From Candidatus Poribacteria bacterium (GTDB lineage Bacteria > Poribacteria > WGA-4E > WGA-3G): a stretch of 64,000 bases of DNA. The stretch covers positions 864,001-928,000 of the forward strand of contig CAXXUA010000004.1 of the NCBI GenBank assembly GCA_963663765.2. Direction: 5' to 3'. The translations under genes and the position numbers were made by a program. Position 1 is the first letter of the stretch. Each line of letters starts with the position of its first letter. Under the pieces are notes generated by a model. The model had not been told where the DNA came from and searched no databases. It saw only the letters and a list, made by a program, of their open reading frames with translations. Positions 53,392 through 64,000 of the stretch are shown here, piece after piece.

Positions 53392-55278
53392 CTATCTTCC
53401 CCATCCGTTCTGAGGTCTTTGTCGCCGTTGAAGGATGACACGATCCCCTTCTGCTATACCACTTTTTACGATGACTTCTGTTTCGTTCTGTATACCAGTT
53501 TCAATGGGGGTTTCAATACCTTTACCACCATCACCGTTCTCCTTCATAACAAACTTCCCTTTTATAATATTTACCTGTGCCGGTACGCCATTTGCTTTCT
53601 TTTCGTCATTGATTAAGAGTGATATAGTTGCTGGTCCATTAACCAAACCACGTTGTGAACCATCCAAATTTATTGTTACGCTACCGCTACCAGCACTTTC
53701 AACAGTACCATTAAATGTTTTCTCACTTATAGTTTGCATCGTTACCGGTTTACCGACTTTGAAAGCCGATGTATTCCCAACTTGTGCGACAACCGTAGCA
53801 GAATTCTTGTTAATAACCGCATCAATAGGAAGCAGTAGAACATTCTTTTCTTCATAGGTAATAATGTCAACATCAGCACTCATACCCGGGCGGATGTTAC
53901 CCGACGTATCGACCACCTCAATCATCACCTCAAATGAAATGATGTTGTCTTGCTGCTGTCCACTTGGTGATATTTCGTAGACATTTCCGTTGAATTTTCT
54001 TGTTTGGAAAGCATCAATCTTAATCACCGCTGGTTGGCCAAGTTCAAGACGTTCCATATCTACTTCGTTGATGAAGGTTTTCACGACCATTTTTGAGAGA
54101 TCGGCAATCGTCATGATAGGAGGACTCTGTGAAAATGCAGAACGTCCAGAAGTAACAATTTCACCTTGTTCAATTTCAAGTCGTGTTACTGTACCTGACA
54201 TGGGAGCCTTAATAACTGTCCAAGCAAGACGTTCTTCTTGGTTCTTCAAGGTGCTTTGCCTGCGTAAAAGATTAGCATCTGCACTGACGCGAGATTGTTC
54301 TGTCATCAACTTTTCATTGTCAATTGTTGCATTTAACTCCTCCAACTGAGTCTTAGTATTATCCAGGCGTATTTGGCTTTCTTCTTCTGCCTTTTCACGT
54401 GTCTTTTTTAAATGTTCAAGGTTTAGTTGTTGGTAACTCAATTGTGATTCGCGCGTTTTTATGGCAGTCTTGCGAGCAAGAATAGTACGTTCTTGTGATT
54501 TGATGGTTTGCTTTTGTGATTCTACGCGCTTGTTAGCGTTTTGATACTGTGAATCCGCATTTGCATGACGAGATTTAGCATCTTCCAAAGATTGCTCGGA
54601 GACTAATTCCTTCTCAAAAAGAGACTTATTTCTTTCGTATTCTGATTTGGCAGTTTCTAACGAAATCTTTGAAGACGCAAGGGATGTTTCAAACTCAGCA
54701 AGTGTTAACTTGCCTTGTTCAAGTGATATTTTTGCTTGTTCTACTCCGATATTGTCCTGATCTAATAGATTTTTTGTCGCTTGAATATCTGTTTCGGCTG
54801 AACTGATTTGTGTTAGAGAAGTGGCTTTTGTCGTTTCAAGATTGGCTTGTGCTATTTTGACTGATGCTTCTGCCTGAGTCAGTTGACTGTTTAAACGTTC
54901 TTTTTTCAGTTCGATGTTTAACTGTGCCTGCATGAGTTGTGCTGCAGCAGCGTTAACATCAGCTTTTGCTTGCTTTTGTTCTTCCTGATATATTTCAGGA
55001 TTAAGTTTGACTAAGATCTGACCTTTTTCTACGTAGTCACCATCATTAACGGGCAGTTCAACGACTTCCCCCTCCACATTAGACTTCACTTCAACATCAA
55101 GCAGTGGTTCTAAATTACCGGTTGCCCGGATACTCATTTGGAAGTCACCGCGTTTGACTACCTCAATTTTTGGTGCAAGTGAAGGGTCCACCCCGTTTTT
55201 GTTCCGGCTAAGCACAACCCAACCAGCAGCGACCACGAGAACAACTATAATACAAACAGTAATAATTAACTTTCTCAA
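53392..55278 (-). CDS. MacA/HlyD-like periplasmic adaptor with long coiled coil
   Basis: GDYVEKGQILV, IKAPMSGTV, IRPGMSADV. Confidence 0.9.
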   Translation of the reverse strand: MRKLIITVCIIVVLVVAAGWVVLSRNKNGVDPSLAPKIEVVKRGDFQMSIRATGNLEPLLDVEVKSNVEGEVVELPVNDGDYVEKGQILVKLNPEIYQEEQKQAKADVNAAAAQLMQAQLNIELKKERLNSQLTQAEASVKIAQANLETTKATSLTQISSAETDIQATKNLLDQDNIGVEQAKISLEQGKLTLAEFETSLASSKISLETAKSEYERNKSLFEKELVSEQSLEDAKSRHANADSQYQNANKRVESQKQTIKSQERTILARKTAIKTRESQLSYQQLNLEHLKKTREKAEEESQIRLDNTKTQLEELNATIDNEKLMTEQSRVSADANLLRRQSTLKNQEERLAWTVIKAPMSGTVTRLEIEQGEIVTSGRSAFSQSPPIMTIADLSKMVVKTFINEVDMERLELGQPAVIKIDAFQTRKFNGNVYEISPSGQQQDNIISFEVMIEVVDTSGNIRPGMSADVDIITYEEKNVLLLPIDAVINKNSATVVAQVGNTSAFKVGKPVTMQTISEKTFNGTVESAGSGSVTINLDGSQRGLVNGPATISLLINDEKKANGVPAQVNIIKGKFVMKENGDGGKGIETPIETGIQNETEVIVKSGIAEGDRVILQRRQRPQNGWGR

Positions 55279-55319
55279 AACTTATTCCTCCAAAATGATT
55301 CTTTAGAATTGTATCTGTT

Positions 55320-56636
55320 CTAATCTGTACGAAGGGCTTCAACAGGTGTAAGTTTCGCAGCTTTGTGCGCAGGATAAAGACCAAAGAAAACACCTATTGC
55401 AACAGATACAACCAAAGCAATAAACATGGTTTCAAATGATATGACCGAAGGCCAGTTGCTTCCTTCCCATACAAACTTTGATATGAGCGCCGCCGTACCT
55501 TGTCCCATAAACACACCTAAGATTGAACCGAGAATTCCACCAGTTAGTGTTAAGACAGATGCTTCAATAAGAAATTGCGTAATAATATCGTTGAAAGTTG
55601 CTCCAAGTGCCTTACGTAACCCAATTTCTTTCGTGCGATCTGTAACGGAGACAAGCATAATATTCATCACACCGATACCTGCAACCATCAATGCAATACC
55701 CGCAATCCCACCCATGAGTGCTTTCATAACTAAACCGACTTTGTTTGCAGTAGCCAATTCTTCAGTGGCAGTCCAATAATTATATTCCTCTCCCGTGTTT
55801 TTGTGAATTCTACCTAAAATCTGTTTTGCGTCTGAGATGACCAACGGTATATTTTCTACCTCTGTCGCTTCAACACGAATTCGTTCAACGTCCTGCCGAC
55901 CTTTGAACCGTTCTTGTAGAGTCGTAATAGGGATAATGAATCTATCATCCCAACCTGTCGTGTCCATCGCATCGCCCTTTTCTTCCATTACACCAATAAC
56001 TTTAAGGCGCACTTCATACAATCCACTACGACCCCGCCAGAACGAAGGACGCGACGCTTTGATTTCTTTACCTACAGGATCTTCGTTGAGAAATACTTCC
56101 TCAGCAATCTTTGAACCTATCACAGCAACACTACTTGAAGATTCAACCTCTTCTGGACGGAAAAACCTACCACTTGAGGTGTACCAGTTATATGATCTAT
56201 CATATCCTGCGGTAGATGCGACTATTCTGGACTCTTTTGAACGTCCCTTATAACTTACATTCCAACCCGGCATATCATCTTCAGCGACGACATTCACGAT
56301 TCCGCGAGCATTTCTCAAGATTTCAAACGCATCATCAGTTTCAAGGTGTTCTGCTCGGTTCCGTCGCCAACGACTTTTACCTCTGACCGCTTCACCTGCA
56401 GCACGACTTAAAGTACCCGATTGCCGATCCCAATCATCTTTGTAGATTTCTATTATCTTTGTACCGCCAGTACGTTCGATTTCACGTAACACCATTTCCG
56501 TAGAACCATCACCAACAGAGACCATACTAACAACAGAGCCAACTCCTACGATTATCCCCAATATGGTCAAACTGGAACGTAGAGGATTACGTCTTAGACT
56601 GACAATACCTAATATAATACATTCAAATAGACTCAT
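55320..56636 (-). CDS. MacB/FtsX-type ABC permease
   Basis: RSSLTILGIIVG, GIGVMNIMLVSV, EIGLRKALGA. Confidence 0.92.
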   Translation of the reverse strand: MSLFECIILGIVSLRRNPLRSSLTILGIIVGVGSVVSMVSVGDGSTEMVLREIERTGGTKIIEIYKDDWDRQSGTLSRAAGEAVRGKSRWRRNRAEHLETDDAFEILRNARGIVNVVAEDDMPGWNVSYKGRSKESRIVASTAGYDRSYNWYTSSGRFFRPEEVESSSSVAVIGSKIAEEVFLNEDPVGKEIKASRPSFWRGRSGLYEVRLKVIGVMEEKGDAMDTTGWDDRFIIPITTLQERFKGRQDVERIRVEATEVENIPLVISDAKQILGRIHKNTGEEYNYWTATEELATANKVGLVMKALMGGIAGIALMVAGIGVMNIMLVSVTDRTKEIGLRKALGATFNDIITQFLIEASVLTLTGGILGSILGVFMGQGTAALISKFVWEGSNWPSVISFETMFIALVVSVAIGVFFGLYPAHKAAKLTPVEALRTD

Positions 56637-56651
56637 ATTGATTTCCTCTTA

Positions 56652-57953
56652 TTACTCAGTTCGCAATGCTTCTATTGGAGACAAGGCAGACGCTTTTAAT
56701 GCTGGATACAGACCGAATGATATACCAATCAATGCTGAAAATGAAACTGAAATTATGACCCAACTTAAGGAAATAACTGAAGGCCAATCAGGTACAAGTT
56801 TAACGATCTTCACTGCAAGAAGTGCCATGCCTTCACCTGCAAGATAACCCAAACCTACACCAATTGCTCCACCAATTAGACACATTGATATTGATTCTAT
56901 AAGGAACTGAACCAAAATATCTAAACGTTTTGCCCCGAGTGCTTTTCTTAGTCCAATCTCACGTGTACGTTCAGTAACAGCAACCAACATCATATTCATT
57001 ATCCCAATACCACCAATAAGTAAAGAAAATCCAGCAATACTGCCAAGTGCGATTTTAATGACTCTACTAATTTTTTCCAACTGTGCCATACCTTCACGCA
57101 TATCCCTAAGGCTAAAAAAGTCGTCCTGATTGTTATGTCTTTTTCTCAGGACATCTTTTACCTCTTCAATCGCTTTTGGCACATCCTCAACAGTTTTTGC
57201 GTGTACTGAAAGCATGGTAATATAGTCGTTACCTGTAAAACGTTCTTGTGCAGTTGTAAGAGGCAAGAAAAGCATATCGTCAAGGTTCCATCCGAATCTT
57301 AGACTTCTACCCCTTGGATTCATTACGCCTATAACAGTAAATCGCTCAGCAATTCGAGACTGATCCTTTCTACCCCATCGGTCATGTCGATCTCCACCAC
57401 GACCAATTTTGATTTCTTTGTTAATTGGTGACATATTCCCGAATAGGTTAAAGGCTACCTCTGTTCCTAATACACAGACTTTTGCTTTGTGCTCCATATC
57501 CTCGTCAGATATAAAACGACCTTCCTGAATACCCCAATCCATTGCATCTGAAAATGAAGCATCTACACCATTATATCCGCTACGCGCTTCCGAACCATCA
57601 GAAGTTTGAATTAAGACTCCTCTCCATTCTGGTATTCGGGGAACGGCAACTTTTACGGATGGACATTCCGCTTCTATCATTAATACGTCTTCGTACTCAA
57701 AATGTTCGTTGCTACGATTAGGCACCCAATTACTCCCAACACGTTTATAACTGCTACGAAACATCGTAAATTGGTTGACACCCCCGAGTTTTTGTGCATC
57801 TTGCAACACAATCTCTTTTGCACCATCACCAATTGAAATCATAGCAAGGACAGAAGCAACGCCAATGATTATACCCAGCATTGTTAACAATGACCGTAAT
57901 TTGTTACTACGGATAGCTGAAATACCAACGAATAATCCCTCGAATATGCGCAT
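56652..57953 (-). CDS. MacB/FtsX-type ABC permease
   Basis: RSLLTMLGIIIG, GGIGIMNMM, ERTREIGLRKALGA. Confidence 0.92.
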   Translation of the reverse strand: MRIFEGLFVGISAIRSNKLRSLLTMLGIIIGVASVLAMISIGDGAKEIVLQDAQKLGGVNQFTMFRSSYKRVGSNWVPNRSNEHFEYEDVLMIEAECPSVKVAVPRIPEWRGVLIQTSDGSEARSGYNGVDASFSDAMDWGIQEGRFISDEDMEHKAKVCVLGTEVAFNLFGNMSPINKEIKIGRGGDRHDRWGRKDQSRIAERFTVIGVMNPRGRSLRFGWNLDDMLFLPLTTAQERFTGNDYITMLSVHAKTVEDVPKAIEEVKDVLRKRHNNQDDFFSLRDMREGMAQLEKISRVIKIALGSIAGFSLLIGGIGIMNMMLVAVTERTREIGLRKALGAKRLDILVQFLIESISMCLIGGAIGVGLGYLAGEGMALLAVKIVKLVPDWPSVISLSWVIISVSFSALIGISFGLYPALKASALSPIEALRTE

Positions 57954-58374
57954 CGTCTATCTCCCAAAGCCCATAAAAGTAGTTATTCTCCACCTTGTAA
58001 GTTAGACAGAAAAAAGCACAAAAAGTTCTAAAATTTATTTTTAGAGAATTGTTGGTTATTTCATCCTTATTGTGTGATAAGATTCAATCATTGCTGGAAT
58101 AGAATTGTAGCAAATTTTGACGTAAAATTGCGAATTGGGTTTATTGTGTTTTGTTATGGTTGATTTAAAAAATACAATTGCTTCAATTTACGATGTTATA
58201 GTCATGTGGTTTATATTACCTATTGCAATTGGTAGGATGCAATTGGTAGGAGCGACCTCCCGGTCGCGACCGTATGAAGATTGTGCTACAACTGACCTCA
58301 CAATCTGACAGAATGCCTATTATTGGCGAAGGTATTGTATTATTAGAAGTGGTATTATACCCACTAATTTACTT

Positions 58375-58938
58375 CTATACTCTCAAAAAGTTACCTAATA
58401 GACTTTTACCAGCAGTAGTTAAAATAGACTCTGGATGAAATTGCACCCCCCAGATAGGTAAGGTTTTATGTCGGATTCCCATAATTTCGGCTTGATCCGT
58501 CCATGCTGTGATTTCAAGACAATCTGGCAATGTCTCTTTTCTTAAAATAAGGGAATGGTAGCGCGTTGCTTTAAACGGATTGTCTAAATCCCTGAAAAGT
58601 TCTTTGTCATTATGATGAATCATAGAAGTTTTTCCGTGCATTAACCGATCTGCGCGTACGACTTCTCCACCAAACACATCACCCACACACTGATGCCCCA
58701 AACATACACCTAAAATCGGCACTTTTCCAGCAAAGTGTTTTATTACATCATTGGATATACCTGCCTCTCTTGGAGTACATGGTCCGGGAGAGATGACAAC
58801 ACGTTCAGGTTTCAAAGCATCTAATTCTTCTATGCCGATTTTACGACTACGATGTACCTCCAATTCCGCGCCAAGTTCCCCAAAATATTGTACAAGATTA
58901 TATGTAAATGAGTCGTAGTTATCTATCATTAAGACCAT
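58375..58938 (-). CDS. trpG: Anthranilate synthase component II (glutamine amidotransferase)
   Basis: [25 protein letters not shown]; directly follows trpE. Confidence 0.93.
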   Translation of the reverse strand: MVLMIDNYDSFTYNLVQYFGELGAELEVHRSRKIGIEELDALKPERVVISPGPCTPREAGISNDVIKHFAGKVPILGVCLGHQCVGDVFGGEVVRADRLMHGKTSMIHHNDKELFRDLDNPFKATRYHSLILRKETLPDCLEITAWTDQAEIMGIRHKTLPIWGVQFHPESILTTAGKSLLGNFLRV

Positions 58939-58949
58939 CTTCTTGCCTC

Positions 58950-60452
58950 CTATAACACCAAACCTTGCTGCGCTATTTCAATCGCAGTGAGTAAAGCCCA
59001 TGCCTTGCTCACGGTTTCATAATACTCATTTTCAGGTACCGAATCAGCAACGACTCCACCTCCAGCTTGTACATAAGCTATACCGTTCTTGATAACTGCT
59101 GTTCGAATCGTAATTGCGGTGTCTGCACTACCAGAAAAACTGAAGTAACCGACTGCACCACCATACGGACCCCGCCGAGTCGGTTCCAATTCGTCAATTA
59201 TCTCCATTGCACGTATTTTAGGGGCACCAGAAAGTGTGCCAGCAGGTAAGCAGGAACGTATGACATCAAATGCGGTAAGATTATCGCGTAATTGTCCCGT
59301 AACATGTGACACAATGTGCATCACATGCGAATAACGTTCAACTATCATTAGTTCCGTCACCTTAACGGTGTGATATTCACACACACGTCCAAGGTCGTTA
59401 CGTCCCAAGTCAACCAACATGACATGTTCGGCGCGTTCCTTTGGATCAGCAAGGAGTTTCTGTTCAAACTCACGATCTTCAACGTCTGTCTTACCACGCG
59501 GAAGTGTTCCCGCAATGGGTCGCGTCTGGACAAGACCATCTTCAACACGTACCATCATTTCAGGGGATGCCCCGACAATTTCAAATCCATCACACTTTAG
59601 GAAGTACATATAAGGCGATGGGTTTACAACTCGTAACGCTCGATAGATATCAAATGAATCAACGGATACAGGACGGCTAAACCGTTGGGATGGTACAACC
59701 TGGATTATGTCCCCTGCTGCGATGTATTCTTTCGCTCGCATCACCGCTGCTTCGTACTCTGACTTTGTAAAATTTGAAGGTGGGTCTGGAACAGTATCTG
59801 GATGACTATCACTGTCACTAACAGCAATTTCTCTTTGGTGTTCTTCAGAGACTGAAGTTAGTTTTTCAACTAACTTGTCAATTTTGCTAACAGCATCTGT
59901 GTAAGCTGCATCTACATCTTTGTTAATATGCGCATTTGCTACAACCTTAATCTGATGATTTACATGGTCAAATATCAAGATTGTCTCAGCAATCATGAAA
60001 AAGCAATCAGGAAGTTCCAGTTCATCTGCTGTATCATCGGGTAGTTCTTCTACGAAACGCACCATATCATAACTCAGAAAACCGACTGCACCTCCATGAA
60101 ATTCTGGCAAACCATCTACACTAACGGGTTGATAATTTTGCATTACTTCTTCAAGGGCAGCCAATGGATCCTCGTACTCTTTAGATACCTTTTCACCTTT
60201 TGTCAAATACTCAATAGTTACTTGGTGTCCCTTGCTTTGGAATAAGACAGATGGTTGACTACCCAAAAACGAGTATCTCGCTACGGTTTCTCCACCTTCA
60301 ACACTCTCCAATAAGAACGCATGTTTGTTGGGTAATAACTTATAGAAGGCAGATACAGGCGTCTCCATATCTGCTAAAATTGACCGATATACAGGTATGG
60401 TATTTCCATTTCTTGATTTTTTCTTGAATTCATTTAAAGTTGGATAATACAT
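58950..60452 (-). CDS. trpE: Anthranilate synthase component I
   Basis: [30 protein letters not shown]. Confidence 0.95.
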   Translation of the reverse strand: MYYPTLNEFKKKSRNGNTIPVYRSILADMETPVSAFYKLLPNKHAFLLESVEGGETVARYSFLGSQPSVLFQSKGHQVTIEYLTKGEKVSKEYEDPLAALEEVMQNYQPVSVDGLPEFHGGAVGFLSYDMVRFVEELPDDTADELELPDCFFMIAETILIFDHVNHQIKVVANAHINKDVDAAYTDAVSKIDKLVEKLTSVSEEHQREIAVSDSDSHPDTVPDPPSNFTKSEYEAAVMRAKEYIAAGDIIQVVPSQRFSRPVSVDSFDIYRALRVVNPSPYMYFLKCDGFEIVGASPEMMVRVEDGLVQTRPIAGTLPRGKTDVEDREFEQKLLADPKERAEHVMLVDLGRNDLGRVCEYHTVKVTELMIVERYSHVMHIVSHVTGQLRDNLTAFDVIRSCLPAGTLSGAPKIRAMEIIDELEPTRRGPYGGAVGYFSFSGSADTAITIRTAVIKNGIAYVQAGGGVVADSVPENEYYETVSKAWALLTAIEIAQQGLVL

Positions 60453-60619
60453 TGAATAACTCCTAATTTGTATATTCTACATCAAAATTAATTTCATTTA
60501 CTTACAATATGTCTATAAGACACAAGAATAATAACCATTTTGCATGATTGATAATCAAATTTATCAAAATGATTTGATGCCAATATACCCAATATACAAT
60601 GAATCAGGAAAATCAATGA

Positions 60620-61000
60620 CTAATAAACCTCGTTAGCATCAAATATTTTTTGTCCTACCACACTTGTTGAATCACCGTCGGGGGAGACTTCGCGAAAGAA
60701 ACAGGAACGAAAACCTGTATGGCAAGCTGCTACTTTCTGAGCAACTTTTATGAGTAGGGCATCGCCATCACAGTCAACTGCAATGGACTCAACGGTCTGT
60801 GTATGCCCCGAAGTCTCCCCCTTAATCCACAACTTTTGACGAGAACGACTCCAGAAGCAGACACGTCCTGTTGACAATGTTTGTTTGATCGCTTCAACGT
60901 TCATATAACCTACCATCAACACTTCATTGTTTGTCTTATCTTGTATAACTGCTGCAACCAGTCCGTTGTGATCGAACTTTATTTCTGATAGGAATTTCAT
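60620..61000 (-). CDS. hisI: Phosphoribosyl-AMP cyclohydrolase
   Basis: WSRSRQKLWIKGETSG, DCDGD, ACHTG..SCF. Confidence 0.95.
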   Translation of the reverse strand: MKFLSEIKFDHNGLVAAVIQDKTNNEVLMVGYMNVEAIKQTLSTGRVCFWSRSRQKLWIKGETSGHTQTVESIAVDCDGDALLIKVAQKVAACHTGFRSCFFREVSPDGDSTSVVGQKIFDANEVY

Positions 61001-61017
61001 AGTTTCTCCTTCGTTAT

Positions 61018-61062
61018 AAAAACAAAAAACCTTATGCCACTAACTTTGGTGTGTGCATAAGG
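61018..61062 (-). terminator. Attenuator intrinsic terminator
   Basis: CCUUAUGC...GCAUAAGG stem followed by UUUUUUGUUUUU, between the leader ORF and hisI. Confidence 0.85.
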
Positions 61063-61096
61063 CTTACAAGTAATAATAGAATAGACCTAATTTGGC

Positions 61097-61192
61097 TTAG
61101 CGCGCACACCCCCATATACTGGTATCGGAACGCCACCAATGCCAATCGTTGGAAAATCTATGTGAACTGGATTGTGTCTTAGAATATTTCAT
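61097..61192 (-). CDS. trpL: Trp-rich attenuation leader peptide MKYSKTQSSSHRFSNDWHWWRSDTSIWGCAR
   Basis: 31 codons with 4 Trp (WHWW cluster), upstream of the terminator and hisI-trpE-trpG. Confidence 0.85.
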   Translation of the reverse strand: MKYSKTQSSSHRFSNDWHWWRSDTSIWGCAR

Positions 61193-61346
61193 TACATACG
61201 TCATTGTTTTGCAGGTGTCACAACTTATAACTTCTATTTTTTGTTTAATAATACCATATTTGAACTCAATATGCAAATAAAAAATGCCGTCAGGCAGGAT
61301 TATTCAGTTTTCCTGATTTTTGGATTTATCCAAAAAGAAACTACGC

Positions 61347-61632
61347 GGTAGGAGCGACCTCCCGGTCGCGACCGTTCACTGCGTTGGTAGGAGCAACCTC
61401 CCGGTCGCGACCGTTCACTGCGTCGGTAGGAGCAACCTCACGGTCGCGACCGTGCCCTGCGTCGGTAGGAGCAACCTCCCGATCGCGACCGTTCACTGCG
61501 TTGGTAGGAGCAACCTCCCAGTCCCGACCGTTCACTGCGTCGGTAGGAGCAACCTCCCGATCGCGACCGTTCACTGCGTTGGTAGGAGCAACCTCCCGAT
61601 CGCGACCGTTCACTGCGTTGGTAGGAGCGACC
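61347..61632 (+). repeat. Tandem array of 8 x 39-bp GTAGGAGC-REP units inside degenerate CAGG(A/G)TTATT termini (about 61295..61817)
   Basis: 39-bp period; same core as 27212..27863 but with a GTTCACTGCGT(T/C)G linker. Confidence 0.93.
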
Positions 61633-61863
61633 CGTTGCAAACCATTGGGTGAAAGAACACATGGCATTCACCATGTTTCATACCTTTGATTTGAAAATTA
61701 AATAATCCTGAAAATCCTGGTTCAGACAAAGAATGAGTTAACTCCAAAAAGTAAGCAACACAGGATTAACAGCTGTGATAGAATTTACTCAATAAATTGA
61801 AAACTGAACAAACCCTGCAAGAATGTAAGGGTGTGTAAAGTTTTTGTAGAAACCCTGATATTA

Positions 61864-61996
61864 TAGTGGATTTTAGAATTATTTTTACACTTTCAGGTGT
61901 AGGAGGGAACTCCGATTCCCGACTATCAAGGTGTTCAGTCGCGATTCGGAGATCGCTCCTACAGAAAAAGTGTAAAAATAATTGTATATTTCACTA
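61864..61996. mobile_element. 133-bp MITE (1599..1731 family) whose right end is the target of the next element
   Basis: Sequence identity. Confidence 0.88.
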
Positions 61997-62313
61997 CAAT
62001 ACCTTCGCCATTTTTGAGTGTTTCAATTGAATGAGTATATAGTGTTGATCTACCATTGCTCTGTGATATTGTTAGGATTACATAAATAAAAATAACTTCA
62101 GGTTTTCGTTGAAGTATTTTTAATTATCATAGCGTCTAATTTGACGATAGAATCTGACAGAATAATTTATATGCACAATCTGGATGAAGATAAATTAATT
62201 TATTAATTAATTTATTAATCGGGTAATAAATATTTTTCAGATGGTAGGCGGGGAATGCCTAAAGAAGCATGCGCGTATGGCATGCTCCATGATTCATACC
62301 GTTGATTTGGTGG

Positions 62314-63165
62314 TTTGTAAGCGCGCTCTTGGGACTTGATGTGCCAGCGCGCTTACAAAGCAGGGCTGCAGTTGGTAGCGCGCTTACAAAGCAGGGCTGC
62401 AGTTGGTGGTGCGCTTACAAAGCACGGCTGCAGTTGGTGGCGCGCTTACAAAGCACGCCTGCAGGTGGGTGGCAGTTGGGGGGCGCGCTTGAAAAGCACG
62501 CCTGCAGTTGGAGTGCAGTTGGGGGGCGCGCTTACAAAGCACGCCTGCAGTTGGTGGCAGGTTGGGGGGCGCGCTTACAAAGCACGCCTGCAGTTGGTGG
62601 CAGGTTGGTGGCGCGCTTACAAAGCACGCCTGCAGTTGGGTGGCGCGCTTACAAAGCACGCCTGCAGGTGGGTGGCAGGTGGGTGGCGCGCGGACAAAGC
62701 ACGGCTGCAGTTGGGGGACAGTTGGGGGGTGCGCTTACAAAGCACGGCTGCAGTTGGTGGTGCGCTTACAAAGCAGGGCTGCAGTTGGTGGTGCGCTTAC
62801 AAAGCACGGCTGCAGTTGGTGGCGCGCTTACAAAGCAGGGCTGCAGTTGGTGGCGCGCTTACAAAGCACGCCTGCAGTTGGGTGGCAGTTGGGTGGCGCG
62901 CTTGCAAAGCACGCCTGCAGTTGGTGGCAGGTTGGTGGCGCGCTTACAAAGCACGGCTGCAGTTGGTGGCGCGCTTACAAAGCACGGCTGCAGTTGGTGG
63001 CGCGCTTACAAAGCACGGCTGCAGTTGGTGGCGCGCTTACAAAGCACGGCTGCAGTTGGGTGGCAGGTTGGTGGCGCGCTTACAAAGCACGCCTGCAGGT
63101 GGGTGGCAGGTGGGTGGCGCGCTTACAAAGCACGTCTACCATCGGGGGGGCGCTTACAAAGCACC
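62314..63165. repeat. Array of about 23 GCGCTTACAAAGCA(C/G)G units with GCAGTTGGTG-type linkers, preceded by one inverted copy
   Basis: Same REP as 9587..10658 with a different linker set. Confidence 0.95.
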
Positions 63166-63166
63166 A

Positions 63167-63305
63167 TAGGCGTCAATTTAAGAAAATATTGTTGTCATTT
63201 TTCTTGTGGGAGGGGTTTTCAACCTCGATTTGAGCGGAAATGCACTAAAAAATCGGGGTTGAAAACCCCTCCCACAAGAGGTGAAAATCCTTAAATTGAC
63301 GCCTA
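63167..63305. mobile_element. TA-flanked MITE (GGCGTCAATTTAAG TIR) with a GTGGGAGGGGTTTTCAACC REP doublet
   Basis: Perfect terminal inverted repeat and an internal inverted pair. Confidence 0.8.
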
Positions 63306-63568
63306 TGATTAGGTTTATAATGCACACATATCGTCCCTACGGGACTAAAGAGGATGTACTATGACGTTTTCTATAAACATATCGTCCCTACGGGACTAAA
63401 GAGGATGTACTATGACGTATTTCTATAAACATATCGTCCCTACGGGACTGAAGATCGTTACAAACTATGAAGTACACCTGCCAACGTCATGTTTATGTAT
63501 AACATTGATTAACATACAGTTATTTAGCACAACTCGTTATATCAGCAATCTGACAGAATAATTTATAT

Positions 63569-63705
63569 GCACAATCTGGCAGAATGTGCTACAACTACCC
63601 GCACAATCTGGCAGAATGTGCTACAACTACCCGCACAATCTGGCAGAATGTGCTACAACTACATGGAAGATTGTGCTACAACTGACCGCACAATCTGGCA
63701 GAATG
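63569..63705 (+). repeat. 32-bp tandem repeats GCACAATCTGGCAGAATGTGCTACAACTACCC (about 3 plus a partial copy)
   Basis: Read directly; related sequence at about 58275-58338 and 62151-62183. Confidence 0.85.
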
Positions 63706-64000
63706 TCTATTATTGGCGAAGGTATTGTCACTATAAAAGAAGTATCTAAAGTTTCTATCAAAGCTTGCTTGACGTAAGGGAACTGTGGACATCGTAGGGG
63801 CGAGGTTTCCTCACCTACGTAAAACCTCTGTTTGGGCGGGGAGACCCCGCCCCTACGCACAGTAACCAAAACTTTACACACCCAGAATGTAAAAGACACT
63901 TGACACGAATTCTGCTTAATGCTATTTTGGTTCTAATATTTTTACGCCTTCTTGAATACAAAGTTGTAGAGAGCAATTGCACACAAGGAGGATATGACAG

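Larger units (their letters stand above)
61997..63727. mobile_element. 1731-bp non-coding element with 14-bp TIR CAATACCTTCGCCA and 6-bp TSD TCACTA
   Basis: Perfect TIRs; removing the element restores the ...TATTTCACTATA end of the host MITE. Confidence 0.85.

Noticed and set aside
53077-53616. 179-aa + strand ORF
   Set aside because: Built from MITE/REP sequence plus the antisense of the adaptor gene
62302-63294. Long ORFs (330/277/241 aa), and the similar ones at 9613-10708
   Set aside because: Repeat artefacts: all three frames are open and give the same rotating peptides
61997-63727. Prophage or integron attachment region
   Set aside because: No integrase, tRNA or attC cassettes; TIR/TSD structure explains it better

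Overview
AT-rich (roughly 40% GC by eye) bacterial chromosomal segment, most genes on the - strand. The gene content points to Candidatus Poribacteria, a sponge-associated lineage (inference): LamG protein with a C-terminal TWGxIK tail, WD40 and TPR expansions, DUF1501/PSD1 planctomycete-type pair, many Gfo/Idh/MocA enzymes. Housekeeping genes are gnd, uxuA, hisI-trpE-trpG, ABC transporters and a MacAB-like exporter. Main points: (1) Two ORFs at 16316-17878 are one in-frame gene, a homolog of animal Selenoprotein N, with UGA at the SC-U redox motif and a perfect SECIS-like hairpin 15 nt downstream. (2) An unannotated 31-aa leader peptide (DWHWWR) with terminator and antiterminator precedes hisI-trpE-trpG. 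(3) Intergenic DNA holds a layered set of non-coding mobile DNA: several MITE families with target-site duplications, many GTAG-type REP families, four head-to-tail REP arrays, and ~35-nt micro-elements that insert into REPs and into each other. (4) An archaeal-type phosphopantothenate synthetase is present. (5) A TIR/FRG/TPR island is partly deleted next to an IS630 element. (6) There is a 3145-aa TPR-LamG protein. No rRNA, tRNA, CRISPR array or cas gene was recognised.
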